NCBI GenBank assembly: GCA_025603075.1
Contig: MU626322.1
Coordinates: 43,997-107,996, forward strand
Source: Neoconidiobolus thromboides FSU 785
Taxonomy: Eukaryota; Fungi; Entomophthoromycota
Reading direction: 5' to 3'
Length of the DNA stretch: 64,000 nt
The notes beneath the pieces were generated by a model, which was not told the origin of the DNA, searched no databases, and saw only the letters and a list, made by a program, of their open reading frames with translations. Shown here piece after piece: positions 1-12,880 of this stretch. The first letter of the stretch is position 1. Every line of letters begins with the position of its first letter. The position numbers and the translations under genes are program-made.

Positions 1-495
1 ATATACTTATATTACCCTTCAGTACTAGTGTTTCCAAAACCAAAAAGATTTCCCATCAATGAAGCTCTAATCTTATATAAATCAGCTCAATTTGTGGCAG
101 AGTTTTTTTTAACAATCAAACAAAATAATATTCAGCAGAAAAACAAAAGTCAAACCACTAGTAAAAGTAATTATAATGAACTAGCCATCAACAACGAATT
201 TCATTTTAATTATAAAGCTCCATATTATACTTCAACTATGTATGTAGTGTACGTTTATTTATCATTTATTAGTGAAGAAAGATGGTTGTTGAGCCAGGGG
301 TTTGGTAAAAAGTTGATAGTTGAAGCAAAGGCTTATGTACTGAAATTATTAAAAATGTTGAAGGCTACCTGTGATTCTAAATTGAAAAGTGAAAGGTTAG
401 ATTCAAAGAGTACAATTCAATTTGTTAAAGAAAATTTGAGAAATTTTGAAATTGAGGATACATTATTATTATCTATCAATGAGATAATTAGCTAA
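1..495 (+). CDS. 3' part of Fungal_trans/MHR-like TF paralog A (5' end outside window)
   Basis: Translation (YYPSVLVFPKPKRFPINEA...EAKAYVLKLLKMLKATCDSKLKSE) aligns by eye with the C-termini of the ORFs at 13813, 18476 and 21465. Confidence 0.85.
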   Translation: MYLYYPSVLVFPKPKRFPINEALILYKSAQFVAEFFLTIKQNNIQQKNKSQTTSKSNYNELAINNEFHFNYKAPYYTSTMYVVYVYLSFISEERWLLSQGFGKKLIVEAKAYVLKLLKMLKATCDSKLKSERLDSKSTIQFVKENLRNFEIEDTLLLSINEIIS

Positions 496-1247
496 AATGT
501 AAAGAAATCGAGATGTTAACGAAATATTTATTTATTACTGTAAAAAAGGTATCATATTATTTATTTAATGTGTTCTTGAGGGGGGCGATTGGAAAGACGA
601 GACTTATTTGCTATAAAATAAATTTTTTATTGAATAATCATTAGACCTATCAATCCGATTATTATACTATTGACTAAGAGATTGATATTCTAACAAATTT
701 TAAATTGAAAAATGCTAGTTGATTCTAAAAGCAAATACAATTAGCAGCTAATAGATTGGTAGTTTTATGTCAGTTTTAAAGGATGTTATTCATTTTTTCC
801 TTAGTTTTTAAAAATTTGAAAAATATCTATTGAGTAAGATAAAAGGTTTATTACGTGTTTAACGAGTCTCTTTGATAAAATGACAATAGTTTAAAAATGG
901 AATAGCAATTATATAATCTAATTTTTTAAAACTGTCATTTTACTTTATTCTGTGCTTTAGTTAATCAAAAGTACTTAATAATTTTGACCTTTATATAAAT
1001 TGGCATTTTTTTAATGAAAGTTGATTATATTTTTTTGAAACTCTTCAAAATGTGATGCTAAAACCTTTTTAAATTGTACACATTTTCCAATTTTTTGGGG
1101 AAGATACTAAAATATCAGCTTTTATGCTCGTGTACATGATCTAATTAAAATAACTGAAAATAAAGTATAAAAGCAAATCAACTTTTGTACAGAAACAAAA
1201 ACAACTTCTTTATTTAGATATCAGGTTGTTATTACTGTTTTGGAAAA

Positions 1248-1496
1248 ATGAAACCAAACACCATTATTTACCATTTAGTTTTAATTACTGGAGTACTCTC
1301 TACTTGTAAAGTGTCTTATTTTCCCAGCCGTGGTATAAAGGAACAGAATTTTACCTGTAAAGTAAGCTGTACTAAAGTTATAACTGTCGCTTCTAACCCC
1401 AATGGTCTTATTTGCTCTTTAAATAATGATATGGTTATATGTTCTTGTGCCAATGATGGATGTGGTTCCTTGCCATCATCATTAAAATGTAAATAA
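1248..1496 (+). CDS. Small secreted cysteine-rich protein, 82 aa
   Basis: Single-exon ORF with hydrophobic N-terminus (IIYHLVLITGVLS), 8 Cys including CSC, and an NFT sequon. Confidence 0.7.
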   Translation: MKPNTIIYHLVLITGVLSTCKVSYFPSRGIKEQNFTCKVSCTKVITVASNPNGLICSLNNDMVICSCANDGCGSLPSSLKCK

Positions 1497-2074
1497 GAGA
1501 TGCATTTATTAAATTATCATTTATAAAATTATTTTTTGGTTACTTGTTATATTTTTTATAACTAATATTTGATAAATTATTATTATTATTGTTAATTAGT
1601 TTGTTTAAGTTTGAAATATCATACCTATCAGTTAAGTGGGTTTATAAAAAAAATGTAAAAAGAATACTGTTAACAAGAATGACTGTAAAAATACTAAGAT
1701 AACAATTTAAAGAAACTAAGGAGGTATTAAGTAGAAAGTTAATGGCACATAGTACTATTTTTCTATCAAATTTAGACTTTAAAAAGAATTGAAGGCAAAA
1801 GATTTATAAATGAAGGTGATACTTTGAGGGAATGTTAATATAGATTTAATTTTGTCGTTTGAATTCAAAATAAGTTTTAATAGAAATGACATCAAAGGAT
1901 CAAAAAACACGATTTAATACTTTTTTTTATAAATAGGATCAAAACTGACATCTGCTCTACTCAATCACCATACAAAAAAATTCGTTTATATAAGCTCTAA
2001 CTCTAGATACTATTGATATATTAATATCTAAAAAAACAATACGCCTTAAACCAAACCTAGCTATCCCTTTTGAT

Positions 2075-2284
2075 CTAATACCTCTTCCCGATAGCTCTAC
2101 TCATTGCCATACTTTTAGGATATAAAAATCGAGTACCAATACCCAAACAAGCGATTAAATTAATAAACATACCCCAACCAAAGCCAGAAAGAAAAGGAAA
2201 AAGTAATTGATTAGTAATTATAGTGAGGATAGTGGAGCCTATGCTAGGGGCTACTGGTGGTGACTTATTTTTTTTGAGCTGCAT
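2075..2284 (-). CDS. Small single-TM protein, possibly Mim1/Tom13-like
   Basis: 69-aa ORF; NQLLFPFLSGFGWGMF loosely resembles the Mim1 TM motif LPFxNGxMLGFG. Confidence 0.35.
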   Translation of the reverse strand: MQLKKNKSPPVAPSIGSTILTIITNQLLFPFLSGFGWGMFINLIACLGIGTRFLYPKSMAMSRAIGKRY

Positions 2285-2788
2285 TTTCGTTTTAAGATTG
2301 AAATTATAAAAAAATTAAAGATTAATTTTGAAAAATGGAAATTTTAGAAGCTATTTTTTTTGGTTAGCAATTAAAACGAAAATCAAAAGATCAAGTTTTA
2401 TCTCTAAAAACTTAGTTATAAGTTTAAATATTAGTAGATATAGCTTTATGTAAATGTGTAAAAATGATATTATGAAATTCGTTTTAAGCAATGTATTTTC
2501 ATGTATATATAGTGTATTATTATTAATAGGATGCATCTAAAAGAACGATTAAAATATTAAATATTATTGTAATATCTTGGACTAAAATTTATACTCTGGG
2601 CTTTAATTTTCAATATGACAAATAACTGTTAATAATTAAATAAAAAGCAATCCATTATTTACATATAAAGAAACCTACTATATTTATTTTTTAAAACAAC
2701 TCTTAAAAAATTCCGCATTCAAAAATTAAAAATTAAAGTATTCATCATATAACGTATTATTATCAAAAAATGTCTTTTACTTAATCAC

Positions 2789-3568
2789 CTATTGTCCCTT
2801 CCCTTTCTCTAATCCAGCAGGTGAATCTACCTTCTTGTTGATATCTTCAAATCCAACCGGTGGTGTTAATGTTTTCTTTGCTTTTTCACCAAGATAATGA
2901 TAATCTACAAATCGATAAGCTTGAGTTAATTGGGCTACTTCATTGGTGGCATGGCAAGCAAATAACAACATATTTCTTGGTTCGACCATCCATGCAAAAC
3001 GCATAAAGACAGCGGAGTAAAGGCAAAGGGCTAGAGAAATGGAGATAAATTAGTTATATTGGGCTGCCAACTTATTCTTAATCGAACAAAATAAAACAAA
3101 ATAGAAATTAAAATTAAAAACAGCTAGTTTGGATAGGCTGATAGAGTTGATAGAGTTGATAGAGTTAATAAAGGGTTCAACAAATTCAACACTTACCTGT
3201 AGTCATTTTACCAGAGATTAATTCTGGGTCTTTATTTAAATCATTCAAAGCAGCAATTGGAATACCCCAGTTAGCGACTAAAAAATAAAATTTAGTAAAT
3301 AATTTATGTTATTGAGGATCATGGACTTACCAGGTCCCCAGAAATGCTATTTAAGGTTTTAAAAATAGAATAAAATAATAAGTTTATATTTTTTTATAAA
3401 AGAGTACATGTTCTACTTACAGTACTAAAGATAAAGATTAATTATCAATGAGAATGGATAACAATATTATTAATGGTTTATTTACCTGCATAGATACTCA
3501 CGAAATTCTTTGGATTTTACTTTAGTCATTAATCTTTGAGCTATCGAATTGCTGGCTGGTCCACTCAT
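2789..3568 (-). CDS. MPC1: Mitochondrial pyruvate carrier 1 (5 exons including a 4-nt microexon)
   Basis: Spliced translation [88 protein letters not shown]. Confidence 0.95.
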
Positions 3569-3960
3569 TTTTTTAAGTTTTTTTATAAAAGAATAGAAAT
3601 GAAAAATTGATAAGAGTTTTGAAGTTTATTTTTTTTGGTGCTTAATTTTGTCCCTGAAAAAATAAAGTGAATGAAATTAGAAAGTCAATATCAGAGTGAA
3701 AGGTAAGATAAAAGTAATAACGTAAGGATCATAAATTTATTATAAAGGCTGAATATATACTCTAATTATTAACTAAAGCCATTATCCAGTTTTACTATAT
3801 CCCACACTGAATTCAAGTTAACGTACCTTCTTTATCTATTGTAAATTCCTTCTAAGCCATAGCTAATCTCCAACCAATAAAAGCATCGACATTATTTAAA
3901 ATGTCATTAACTTTTTTTGAAAAAGTGTCATAAGCTCCTTTTTTCAAAAGCAATCTTTAA

Positions 3961-6324
3961 ATGGCACGTAAAAACCCTCCCAGAAAAGCAAAGACTTCCA
4001 ATAATTATGTTTTTACTACCAACGAAGATGGGGAAGTCATTTTAGGAAAAAGTAAAGTGAATATTGAACAAGTGGATGGGGATGAGACTGTGGACGAGGC
4101 AACACTAGAAGGGGAGACGGATGGAGTAGGTAAGGAGACTTGGGGATCAAATGAAAAAAAGTGTTAATATAATATATAGATAATGTGGATAGCGAACAAG
4201 AGTTAACTGTTGTCAAGAAAACTAGCAGAAAACCTAAAAAAGTTATTGTAAAGAAAAGTAAGTTTAGAGTTATTTATGTTATTTAATTAATATTTATATT
4301 TGATCAACAGCTACTGTAACAGATAAAAAGAGCTCGATCAAGGATTATTTTACAAAGAAAACAAAAGATACTGTAGTCAGTTGCAAAGAAATTGTTAATG
4401 ATGTAAAAGAAGAATTGATAGAATCGCAAATTATAACAGATGGGTGTATTCAAAAGGTAATATTGCTTTGAGCTTATTAGAATAAATAGATGTTAAATTA
4501 AAATAAAGGAACAAGAATCCGATTCAGAAACTATTACAACTAAAAAAAGAAAGGGTAAAAAAGAGACAAATACAGAATCAAAAAGAGGCAAAAAACAAAC
4601 TAGAAAGAGAGATGAAAGCAGCGAAGAAGAGTATATAGATAATGGAATAGAAAGTGAAGAAAAATATATAGATAATGACGAAGTAGCTGAAGATGAAATA
4701 GATAAAGAAGAAGCGATAGTTAAAAAGAAAACCACAATGAATAGTAAAAAAATTAAGAGTAATTTTCCAACTACTAAAAAGAATAAATTAAAACAAAAGA
4801 TGCCAAAAACATTTGAACTTATTCAAAATAAAGAAGAAAGCGAGATAAGTGATCCTAAATTAGTCGACAGTATTTATTTTCGAAGAAGGGAATATGATGT
4901 TTTGGAAGTAAAAGAAGGAGAGTATGAGCAAATGTTTCAATCACATAATATTAAATTAAGAATCGAAGAAGAAAAGTATGAACTGAAATCATATGATGGT
5001 ATGGAAGTTAATGGGTACAAAATATTTAATATTAATTTGAGTAGTTATTGGATTGATTTTGACTATAGCGGGCAGTATTTAGCAGTAGCAGGTAGTTCAA
5101 AAGATAAGGGTAGTGAATTAAAGATGGAATTTAATTTTGATAATAAAAAAGGTTGGATCCAAATTTGGGACTTAAAGAAAATGAAGTTAATTATTAATAT
5201 TCGGCATAATTTTAGTGTTTTGTTAAAGTTGAAGTGGTGGAATATCAATATGGATAAAATCAATATTGAAAATAGTATTAGTTTAGGTTGTTTGGTAGTT
5301 AATGGAGAAGATGGTAAAATAAGACTATTTGAAATACCAAAAATAAAAGAAGAAGAAGAAATTATGCATATTGAACTAACGGATGAGTCAAAAAATATTA
5401 TAGGAATTTTAAAACACCCAGAAATTTTATATAATAATTTTGAACTGTTCAGTAATAACCTTTTAATAGCTATTAGTTTACAAGGGAATATTATCAATTA
5501 TGATTTAACAGACTGCATTTTAAATCAAAACAATATTAATAAAATACCAAAGTTTATTGCCCAACCTCATCATTCCCCAATCTCCTACATTACTTTATTA
5601 TGCAATAAATACCTATTCACATTTTCATACGATGGCAAAGCAATGATTCAATCACTTAATGATTATGAAAAGAAATTTAAATTACATACATCAAGAACAG
5701 CACCCAACAATGCTACTACTATTGTTTATGATAATCAACAGTATGTCTTATTTTCAGATCAACAAGGAGGTATAAAATGGCTACATTTTATGGATTTAGA
5801 TTTAAGCTGTAAATTATATAAATGTAACACATATCCAAAATCACCAGCGGTTAAGTATTTAGCTAGTCAATATCATCATTTAACGGCCACAACTACATTT
5901 CAAGGCACGCTGGATTTGTTTATGTGTTGGGGTATGAATACTAGGGGAGATAGGGTAAGTCGAAGCTTTGATTTTTTAATAGTTAATTGATCTTATTTTT
6001 TAATTTTGTTTTAGGCATTTTCAGAGGTAAGTATAGTGAAAGTGGAACAAGAAGACGAAAACGAAGAGTTACAGTTATCCTTATTAAAAGAGATACCTAA
6101 GGTAAAATGACATAGTTTTAATATTATTTATTTGTTTATTTATTTGTTAGGATTTATTAAAAAATGAAAAATATCATTTAAAATTATTAAAAAATACTCA
6201 ACCCCATTTTTTAACTAAGTTATATTTTAATACTGTTATATGGTGTCAGAATAAAAATAAGCCATTTTTAGTTGCTACTACAACTAATAATGGTCTCTTG
6301 ATAGTAAAGGATTTGAAAGAGTGA
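3961..6324 (+). CDS. WD40 protein with acidic/basic N-terminus, likely TFIIIC subunit (Tfc6/Sfc6/GTF3C2-like); multi-exon, ends approximate
   Basis: WD-like segments YLAVAG..IQIWD..LKWW..LGCLVVNGEDGKIRLFEIP in ORF 4737-5990; terminal exon WCQNKNKPFLVATTTNNGLLIVKDLKE*; GT-AG introns link the 3961 ORF. Confidence 0.6.
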
Positions 6325-6571
6325 AAATAAGAAATATATAATATATAGGTTTTATAGAACTTTTCAATTTAATTTATAAATAAGAAATTAAACATGTATA
6401 AATAAATTAAAGCTTAATATTGAATATTTTTTTGATATTTTACTAATTTTATAAATGAAAGATAAACAAAAAATAATACTTTTTTTAATTTGAACTTGAG
6501 TGTATAAAATTATTAAATTGTATCAAAGCCAATCTAAAAAAAATTGTTAACAACTTTAGAACTTTATGATT

Positions 6572-7621
6572 TTATAGATTGAATACTCTATCATTATAAT
6601 TATAGAATACTAAGAAAGCAAAAAATCGAAGAGAAATGTAGTATTCCAGCTTTAAATTAGAACTATGGAGGATAAAGGATTGAATCTTATTTTCTAAAAC
6701 ATGAATATCTTTTGGTCTATCGCTTATACATTTAGAAAGTAAAGACTCTTTGTTATCATACAGTGTTAAACATTTAATATTATAATTGACCAAGTAAAAT
6801 GATGAATAATTTTAATATGATCAATAAGTATGCTAATACCAATATGAAATTGCTCATTCGATATTCCTTCCTTGATCGTTTCAAATTTAAAGTTATTTTG
6901 GTGCTACAATTTAATAAAATTTTTAATGAATGAATAATTTCTGATACTTTTGAGTTGTTTATGTTTGATGAATTAATGTGCAATACACAGTCAAAAAGGT
7001 GCTTAAAGAACACACCACATTTGTAGCAATAGTTAGAATAAGTTAACAAGGTTATTTCAATTGCTAATTTAGCTGCTTTATTCTCACTTAATTTTAATAT
7101 TGTATTCTCCCTTTTCCATAAGTCGTGAGTATTAAATTGTAAGTTAATATAAGAGTCACCAATAGAAACTAAAAGTACTGCTACTGAATAACACTACTTT
7201 CTTTCGCTGTTATTTTTATAATCTAAGTGTAAACCTAATAACATGGGGATGTGTTTTTTTTGTTTAAGAATTTTACTATAATCTTTCCACTCAGATAGCG
7301 CTTAAAAAATGGAAAAATAATGAAACTAAAAAAAACAGTCTCATATGGAATAGCTATATAGATTAGAAAAGTAATAAGATAGAGTGCTAAGATACTTCCT
7401 TTTAATTCATTTAATAACGTCATCATTAATTGAATAGCACTTAAAGTAATCTTTGATTGATTTGGTTTGAGATATTGCAGTAGTTTATCTTTCAAAAATG
7501 TTTTCAAATCTGACAACCTATTATTACAACCAATATGGTTTAAACCAACTAACATGATAGGGCAGATCAACATGTTATCTCTTCTTTTGTCTATAAATTG
7601 ATTATAAGTAAATAATAGCAA
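6572..7621 (-). pseudogene. Decayed Fungal_trans/MHR-type TF gene interrupted by a MITE
   Basis: TLSAIQLMMTLL...YIAIP [MITE 7242-7345] MLLGLHLDYKNNSERK*CYS resembles the MHR pattern SLxxIQALLLL...AIRMAxxLGLHxD...ERRR; in-frame TAG and later frame break. Confidence 0.55.
7242..7345 (+). mobile_element. MITE-like ~105 bp repeat copy
   Basis: TGGGGATGTG-T-run...AAGAATTTTAC...ATAGCGCTTAAAAAATGGAAAAA...ACAGTCTCATA. Confidence 0.8.
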
Positions 7622-7624
7622 TAA

Positions 7625-7727
7625 TATGTGAGTGTTTTTTTGGCTTCACTACTTTTTCTATTTTTAAGCACTAATTGAGCAGAAAAATTATTAGTAAAAT
7701 TCTTAAACACAAAAATACATCCCCATA
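7625..7727 (-). mobile_element. MITE-like repeat copy
   Basis: Same consensus, reverse orientation, TA at both ends. Confidence 0.8.
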
Positions 7728-7915
7728 TGTTTTGTTTTGTACTTTTACAGGATATGATCAATACAATAAGTAGCTATAAGAATATATAATTGCTTTTTGA
7801 ATATAGCCATGGCAACAAAATTACCTATGGTGTATTACTTACCAGCTTTTTTGTTTAAACCTAAGACTGAATTTTATTATATTTGATTCTTCAAATAGAA
7901 CAGAACATCAAAAAA

Positions 7916-8013
7916 TGGGGATGTTTTTTTGCGTTCAAGAATTTTACCAACAATTTTTCCATTCAAATAGTGCTTAAAAATAGAAAAGTAATGAAGCCAA
8001 AAAAACACCCACA
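7916..8013 (+). mobile_element. MITE-like repeat copy
   Basis: Matches consensus. Confidence 0.75.
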
Positions 8014-8398
8014 AATATTGCTTTCATTTAACTTTAAGTAACACTATGAATTTCATTTAGAACTTAACTTTGAGTAGGATTTTAAACTTGCCCATATTAT
8101 AAGCAAAGTTTTATCATTTTATGCTAATAACAATAAATTAATATTACAGAGCCTTTTAACTTATTGCGAATAATAAAAGTTTTAAAAAAAATTAAAAAAA
8201 GTTTTTATTTTAATATAATTATAATAATACGCCAGATGATATTAAATTTTTTTAGTAAAACAAAAATAGAAGAAAAAAGTATAAGCGGGAGAATGCCATG
8301 CTCAACTCAGTACATTTTCTTATACTTTTTCAAACCTCAACATTATCCATAGTCTCCTCCCTTATTAGTTAAATAATTAATAAACTTCAGCTTTAAAT

Positions 8399-10450
8399 TC
8401 AGTTCCTCCTTTGGAATGAACTAGCGGTAGGCGACATTTCCGTAGGTGACATCGTTGCTCCTGTATTATCCATCTGCTCTGGCTCCTCATTTATGACTAT
8501 GATATTCTTTCCTCTAGCATATTTAGGATTTACTGCCCCATCTATTGAAAACTGTGACAATGGTCTACTTGGATTTGATTTGGACCTCAATCTTGTTCTA
8601 ATAGTAGGATTAGATACTGTACGTATCAAATTTTTCATTAAAGAATTTGGACTATTTTCTTGCACTCTATTCCCAACTTCTTCCATGTCCCCAACACTAC
8701 CTGAATCCATTCCCACCGTTGAATTACTTGCTAATCCGCACCCAGGAGACAATCCAGGTAAAGCATCATTATTAAATTTAGTAATTGAAGGTTTTCTATA
8801 TAAACTTGAAGCTTCCAACTGCTCATCTGTAAACAAAGTTCGCTTTTTTAAATGATCGTCTTTTTCTGGGTGGATTAAGTTGCTCAATTTAACTAACATA
8901 GATTTTCCTGAATCCACTGTCATGGTAGAAGTTCGTGATGCTTGAGGTCGTATAGTACGTTGGATGTGAACTGGTAAGCTAGAATTTTTTGGATGTGGGG
9001 TAGGCATACGATTAGAATCTACTTTAATGCTTTCCGTACCTTCTAAATTTTCTGGTGAGGTTAATGTATAACTTGTATGTGTACTTGGATCATTTTCATT
9101 TCTTATAATGTTTGCTGTTAAGTTACTGATTGTACCTGTTGGTCTAGAGGAATTGTTGCTATTATTATTGTTTTCTTCTATTTGACTTTCATTAATGTTG
9201 ATTGCTTTTTCTTTCATTTCAGGTTCTTCTAAAGCTAATGTTTCATACATTCTAGAAGTTTGTAAAATAATAACTCCGCCACAGATGCAAAAGAAAGCTA
9301 AAATAAGGGTAACAATAGAGATTGGAGAAGCGGCAAAGCCTTTATATAAGATAGCTGAGGATACAATCGTAGCTGTTGTAAATGTAACATAATACATTGG
9401 GGTGATTTCTGCTGTTACAAACTCGTTTAATGCTTTATTTAAATAATTGATCTGTGTTATGATGGTCAATACTACAAATACTATCAGTAAATAAATAAAC
9501 CAATGTGTAAATTGATTATCTCCTGAAATTGAGGTAATGATGGCACTACCTACTGCTTGCAATGTAACTACAGATAATGAACCAATAAAAGAGCAGATAG
9601 AAATGTAAATAATGGGATGTTTTTTGCCATATTTTGGGGCCATTCTATAAGCTAAAAATATAGATATTAGGATCACTAAAATAGTGTATGTTAAAAAGCC
9701 TAAATTTTAAATATGTTAATGTCTTATTAAAAGTAAAATTTATAATTTAGTTTTACCCGGAGAAATAGCAAGCTCCATAAACTGGTCGATTTTACCAGGG
9801 GCACTTTGCTCTGGTGCATGAAGTACTACAATTACGGATCCTAATAAACAAATGATACATCCAATTTTACCATGGAAATTAAGTCTTTCTTTCAAAAACA
9901 CAGAAGATAGAACAGCACTAAAACAAGCCTTGTCATTCATTATTCATATTGTTAATATTTTATATCAATACCTAACAACTACACTTAAAGCACCTAATGG
10001 AGTAACTAAAACAGCCGGTGCTAATATATAAGCTACAAAGTTGGTAACTTCACCTAAAGCCACTAATAAAAGGAGTAAGTATTTGGCTTGCAGTAATGAT
10101 TTATTAAATTACTTACTCAATATCATACCAGCCCACCACATGGTAGATTTTAGATAGCCATGACCGTCTTCTATTAATTAAAAGTATAAATATAGATGCT
10201 CAAAAAGTAATTATTTATAATCAAAACTTTATGATATAATGACAACCTACCTTCTCCTTCCACCCTTGAAGAGATTAATCCTTTTTTCTTTAAGATAAAA
10301 CTTATACCAATTAATAAGCCTAAGAGCAAATGAATTAGTAACTGAATGATTGATGTAGCTTTGACTTGAATTACCCGATAATACAGCTAAGATGATACCT
10401 ACTGCACGATAGATTGGATCACCATTCACATCTATTTCAATACCTGCCAT
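8399..10450 (-). CDS. NIPA-family magnesium transporter (DUF803) with long disordered C-tail; multi-exon
   Basis: Exons encode WWAGMIL, GEVTNFVAY..APAVLVTPLGALSVV, HAP, PIIYISICSFIGSLSV, QINYLNKALNEF. Confidence 0.92.
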
Positions 10451-12514
10451 TGTTTATTGTAAATTTCAAATTAAGTTGTGAAAAAATTAAGTTTATTTTT
10501 TTGATTGTTTAAAGTGGAAGAATGAGTAGTTGAATTGGAATTATAACGATTACAGGATAGAATTATATGATGGTAATGTATATATTTTCTTTAAAGAAAT
10601 AAATATAGCTTAATTAAAATTCAAAAGAGTAATACAAATAAAATATTAATAAAAAGGAAAAGAATAGGCTATTGAGAATAGATTTGAGTGGGGAGAATCA
10701 AAGTTTGAATTTTACAATTTGGTTAAATTACTAATCCTTCTAAAAGAAGCATGAATTCATTTTACAGGACAAAAATGAGCTCATTTTTAATGGTGATATT
10801 ACTAAATTTAGTGGGCTCAATATTTCTTTCATGCTTATCTTTTTGATTTTTTTTAGGGTAAACTTTAAGAATTGCTTGTTTTTTGTACACTGATTGATAA
10901 AAATTACGAAGAAAACGAAAGGCTCAATTGTTAAGTTTCAATTAATGGAGCAAATTAAAAATTGATGAGCTCAAAAGCCGAAATATAATTGGTAAGTCTC
11001 ATAATACCTAGCATAGCTGTTAGTAAGATTTTTTTTAAACAATTATGAGTTTAACCTGACGAGATTAATGGAAACTTCGGAATTATTATTAAGGTAAGAG
11101 AGATATTGAATTGATTTAGAAATAATTAAACTATAATATGTTTATTTAAAAAAATCAATATACTAATTAAAGCGATAGTCAGTTCTATTATCAATTATTA
11201 TAAATCAATAATATGGAAGAAATCAAACCCTTGTTCCATTCCTTGTGCCGTCGGGACAACCTAAAAAAACATTATTCTTGTTGAGCCAATCAAAAGGCTG
11301 ACTGCGAATGGTATGTTTTTTGATTATAAATTTTTATAAAAATTTAATTTCAATATGATCGACATTCATCAATAGCTTAATTTTCATTATAGATTTTCAT
11401 AGATTTTATTATTACAACTTAAAATTCTCCTTTTGGATAGTTGTTTTATATCTATTTAAATTTAACTGTGCAGCAGGGCTAATTGTTTATTTAAGCATAG
11501 ATTTTTAGATTAAATTTCAATAAAGCCTAAGGACTTTAGGCTTTGGAAAACAATCAAATAAGTAGCAGCTAAAGAGCTTTTTTAAAAACTACATATTTGA
11601 GTGTTAAACAGCTATATATGCTACTTCTTTATCAATTTTGTTAATATTTTCAAAAGGATTTGAGCATTTGTAGTTTTGGTTTATTAAATGTTATAACATA
11701 AGAGGGTAAACTTTCATTTATTTTTTAGTAGTAGCTAGGAACTTGAAGAGTTTTATCAGACATATGTAAAAGTTATATACCGGCTATATTTGATTTGATT
11801 TTATGCCGAATATTATAAATTATATAGAGTTCAATACTCCTCGATTTTTTAAATTAATTTAATCCGATGATTTAAGATAAAATGGGTAAATTAATTTTGT
11901 TTTAAAAAATAAGTTTGAACTTTAACAAAAAATGTTAGAGAATATTATTTGTACTAAACTAACGATTTATAATAGTGTTATTTAAAGATATTTTCTTAAT
12001 ATAAAAATTAAATAGCTATTTTAGAAATTGATGCATCTTTTAAAAAATAAATATAACAGTAGCTTAAGAATTGTTACAATATTTTATAAAGTTGTATTTT
12101 CTTTTTATTTTCTTACAGAAAACAAATTATCAGCTTATAATATTATTAAATAATATAAAACAAAAAAATTGTATAAATGTTTATCTATATTTAGGTTTGG
12201 AAAGAAGTTCCTTTTAAAATACTAAAAATTCTAACACTATTGAATTATATGATATTTATTTAATAATCTTTTAATAACTTTATTTATTAATTTCAAAACC
12301 TTAGATAATATTCTTAGGGATACATTAAGTTTATTATTTTTATTAAATAAAAACAAAATAAAATAAGTACAAACTCCCTGTAGTCAGTAGCTGAGATAAT
12401 AAATAGTTATATTAAATAATTTAAATTAGGGTTTTGAAAGTAATATCTGATGTAAAAGAATTTCAGTAAAGTTGAAATTCTATACCTTTCAACCCAAATC
12501 AACTATAATCATTC

Positions 12515-12880
12515 ACCTCAGCTCATTCTCATTTGAAATACTTAAATTGGCTCTTTGCTTTCTTTTGTAGCCTTTTAACTATACATCATAGCCTTTATTC
12601 GTTGTTCTCGGATGCTAAACTAAGAAAAGTATCATTGCTAGCAAGTTACTATTTATCAGTCCAAGTGCTTGCTTGGGTATCAATTGCAAATTTTCTATCT
12701 TTGAAGTACGACTATGAGCAAGGATACTGTGAGGAGGTATTAGGCAAGTAAGATTAGAGAGTAGGATGGGTTATTTAAAGAAAAAAGCTTTGCTATTTTA
12801 ATAGAGGGTTTATATATCGGGTAGGATTCAATTGACTCAATTTACAAATGAGCTTTGTATATATATTTTTACAGACCTTT
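12515..12880 (+). pseudogene. Possible chitin synthase relic (region after QRRRW through first TM segments)
   Basis: PQLI/HLKYLN...LTIHHSLYS..LRKVSLL..VLAWVSIANF, then LYIG*..TQFT..RP, follows the order of class I-III CHS motifs; stops and frameshifts. Confidence 0.45.

Noticed and set aside
6990-7040. CYKCGVFFKHLFDCVLH C2H2-like motif
   Set aside because: Second His is absent, and the motif lies within the decayed TF-like frame
10770-10975. Repeated GCTCA/TGAGCTCA motifs upstream of the NIPA gene
   Set aside because: Too short and too few to distinguish from chance without genome background
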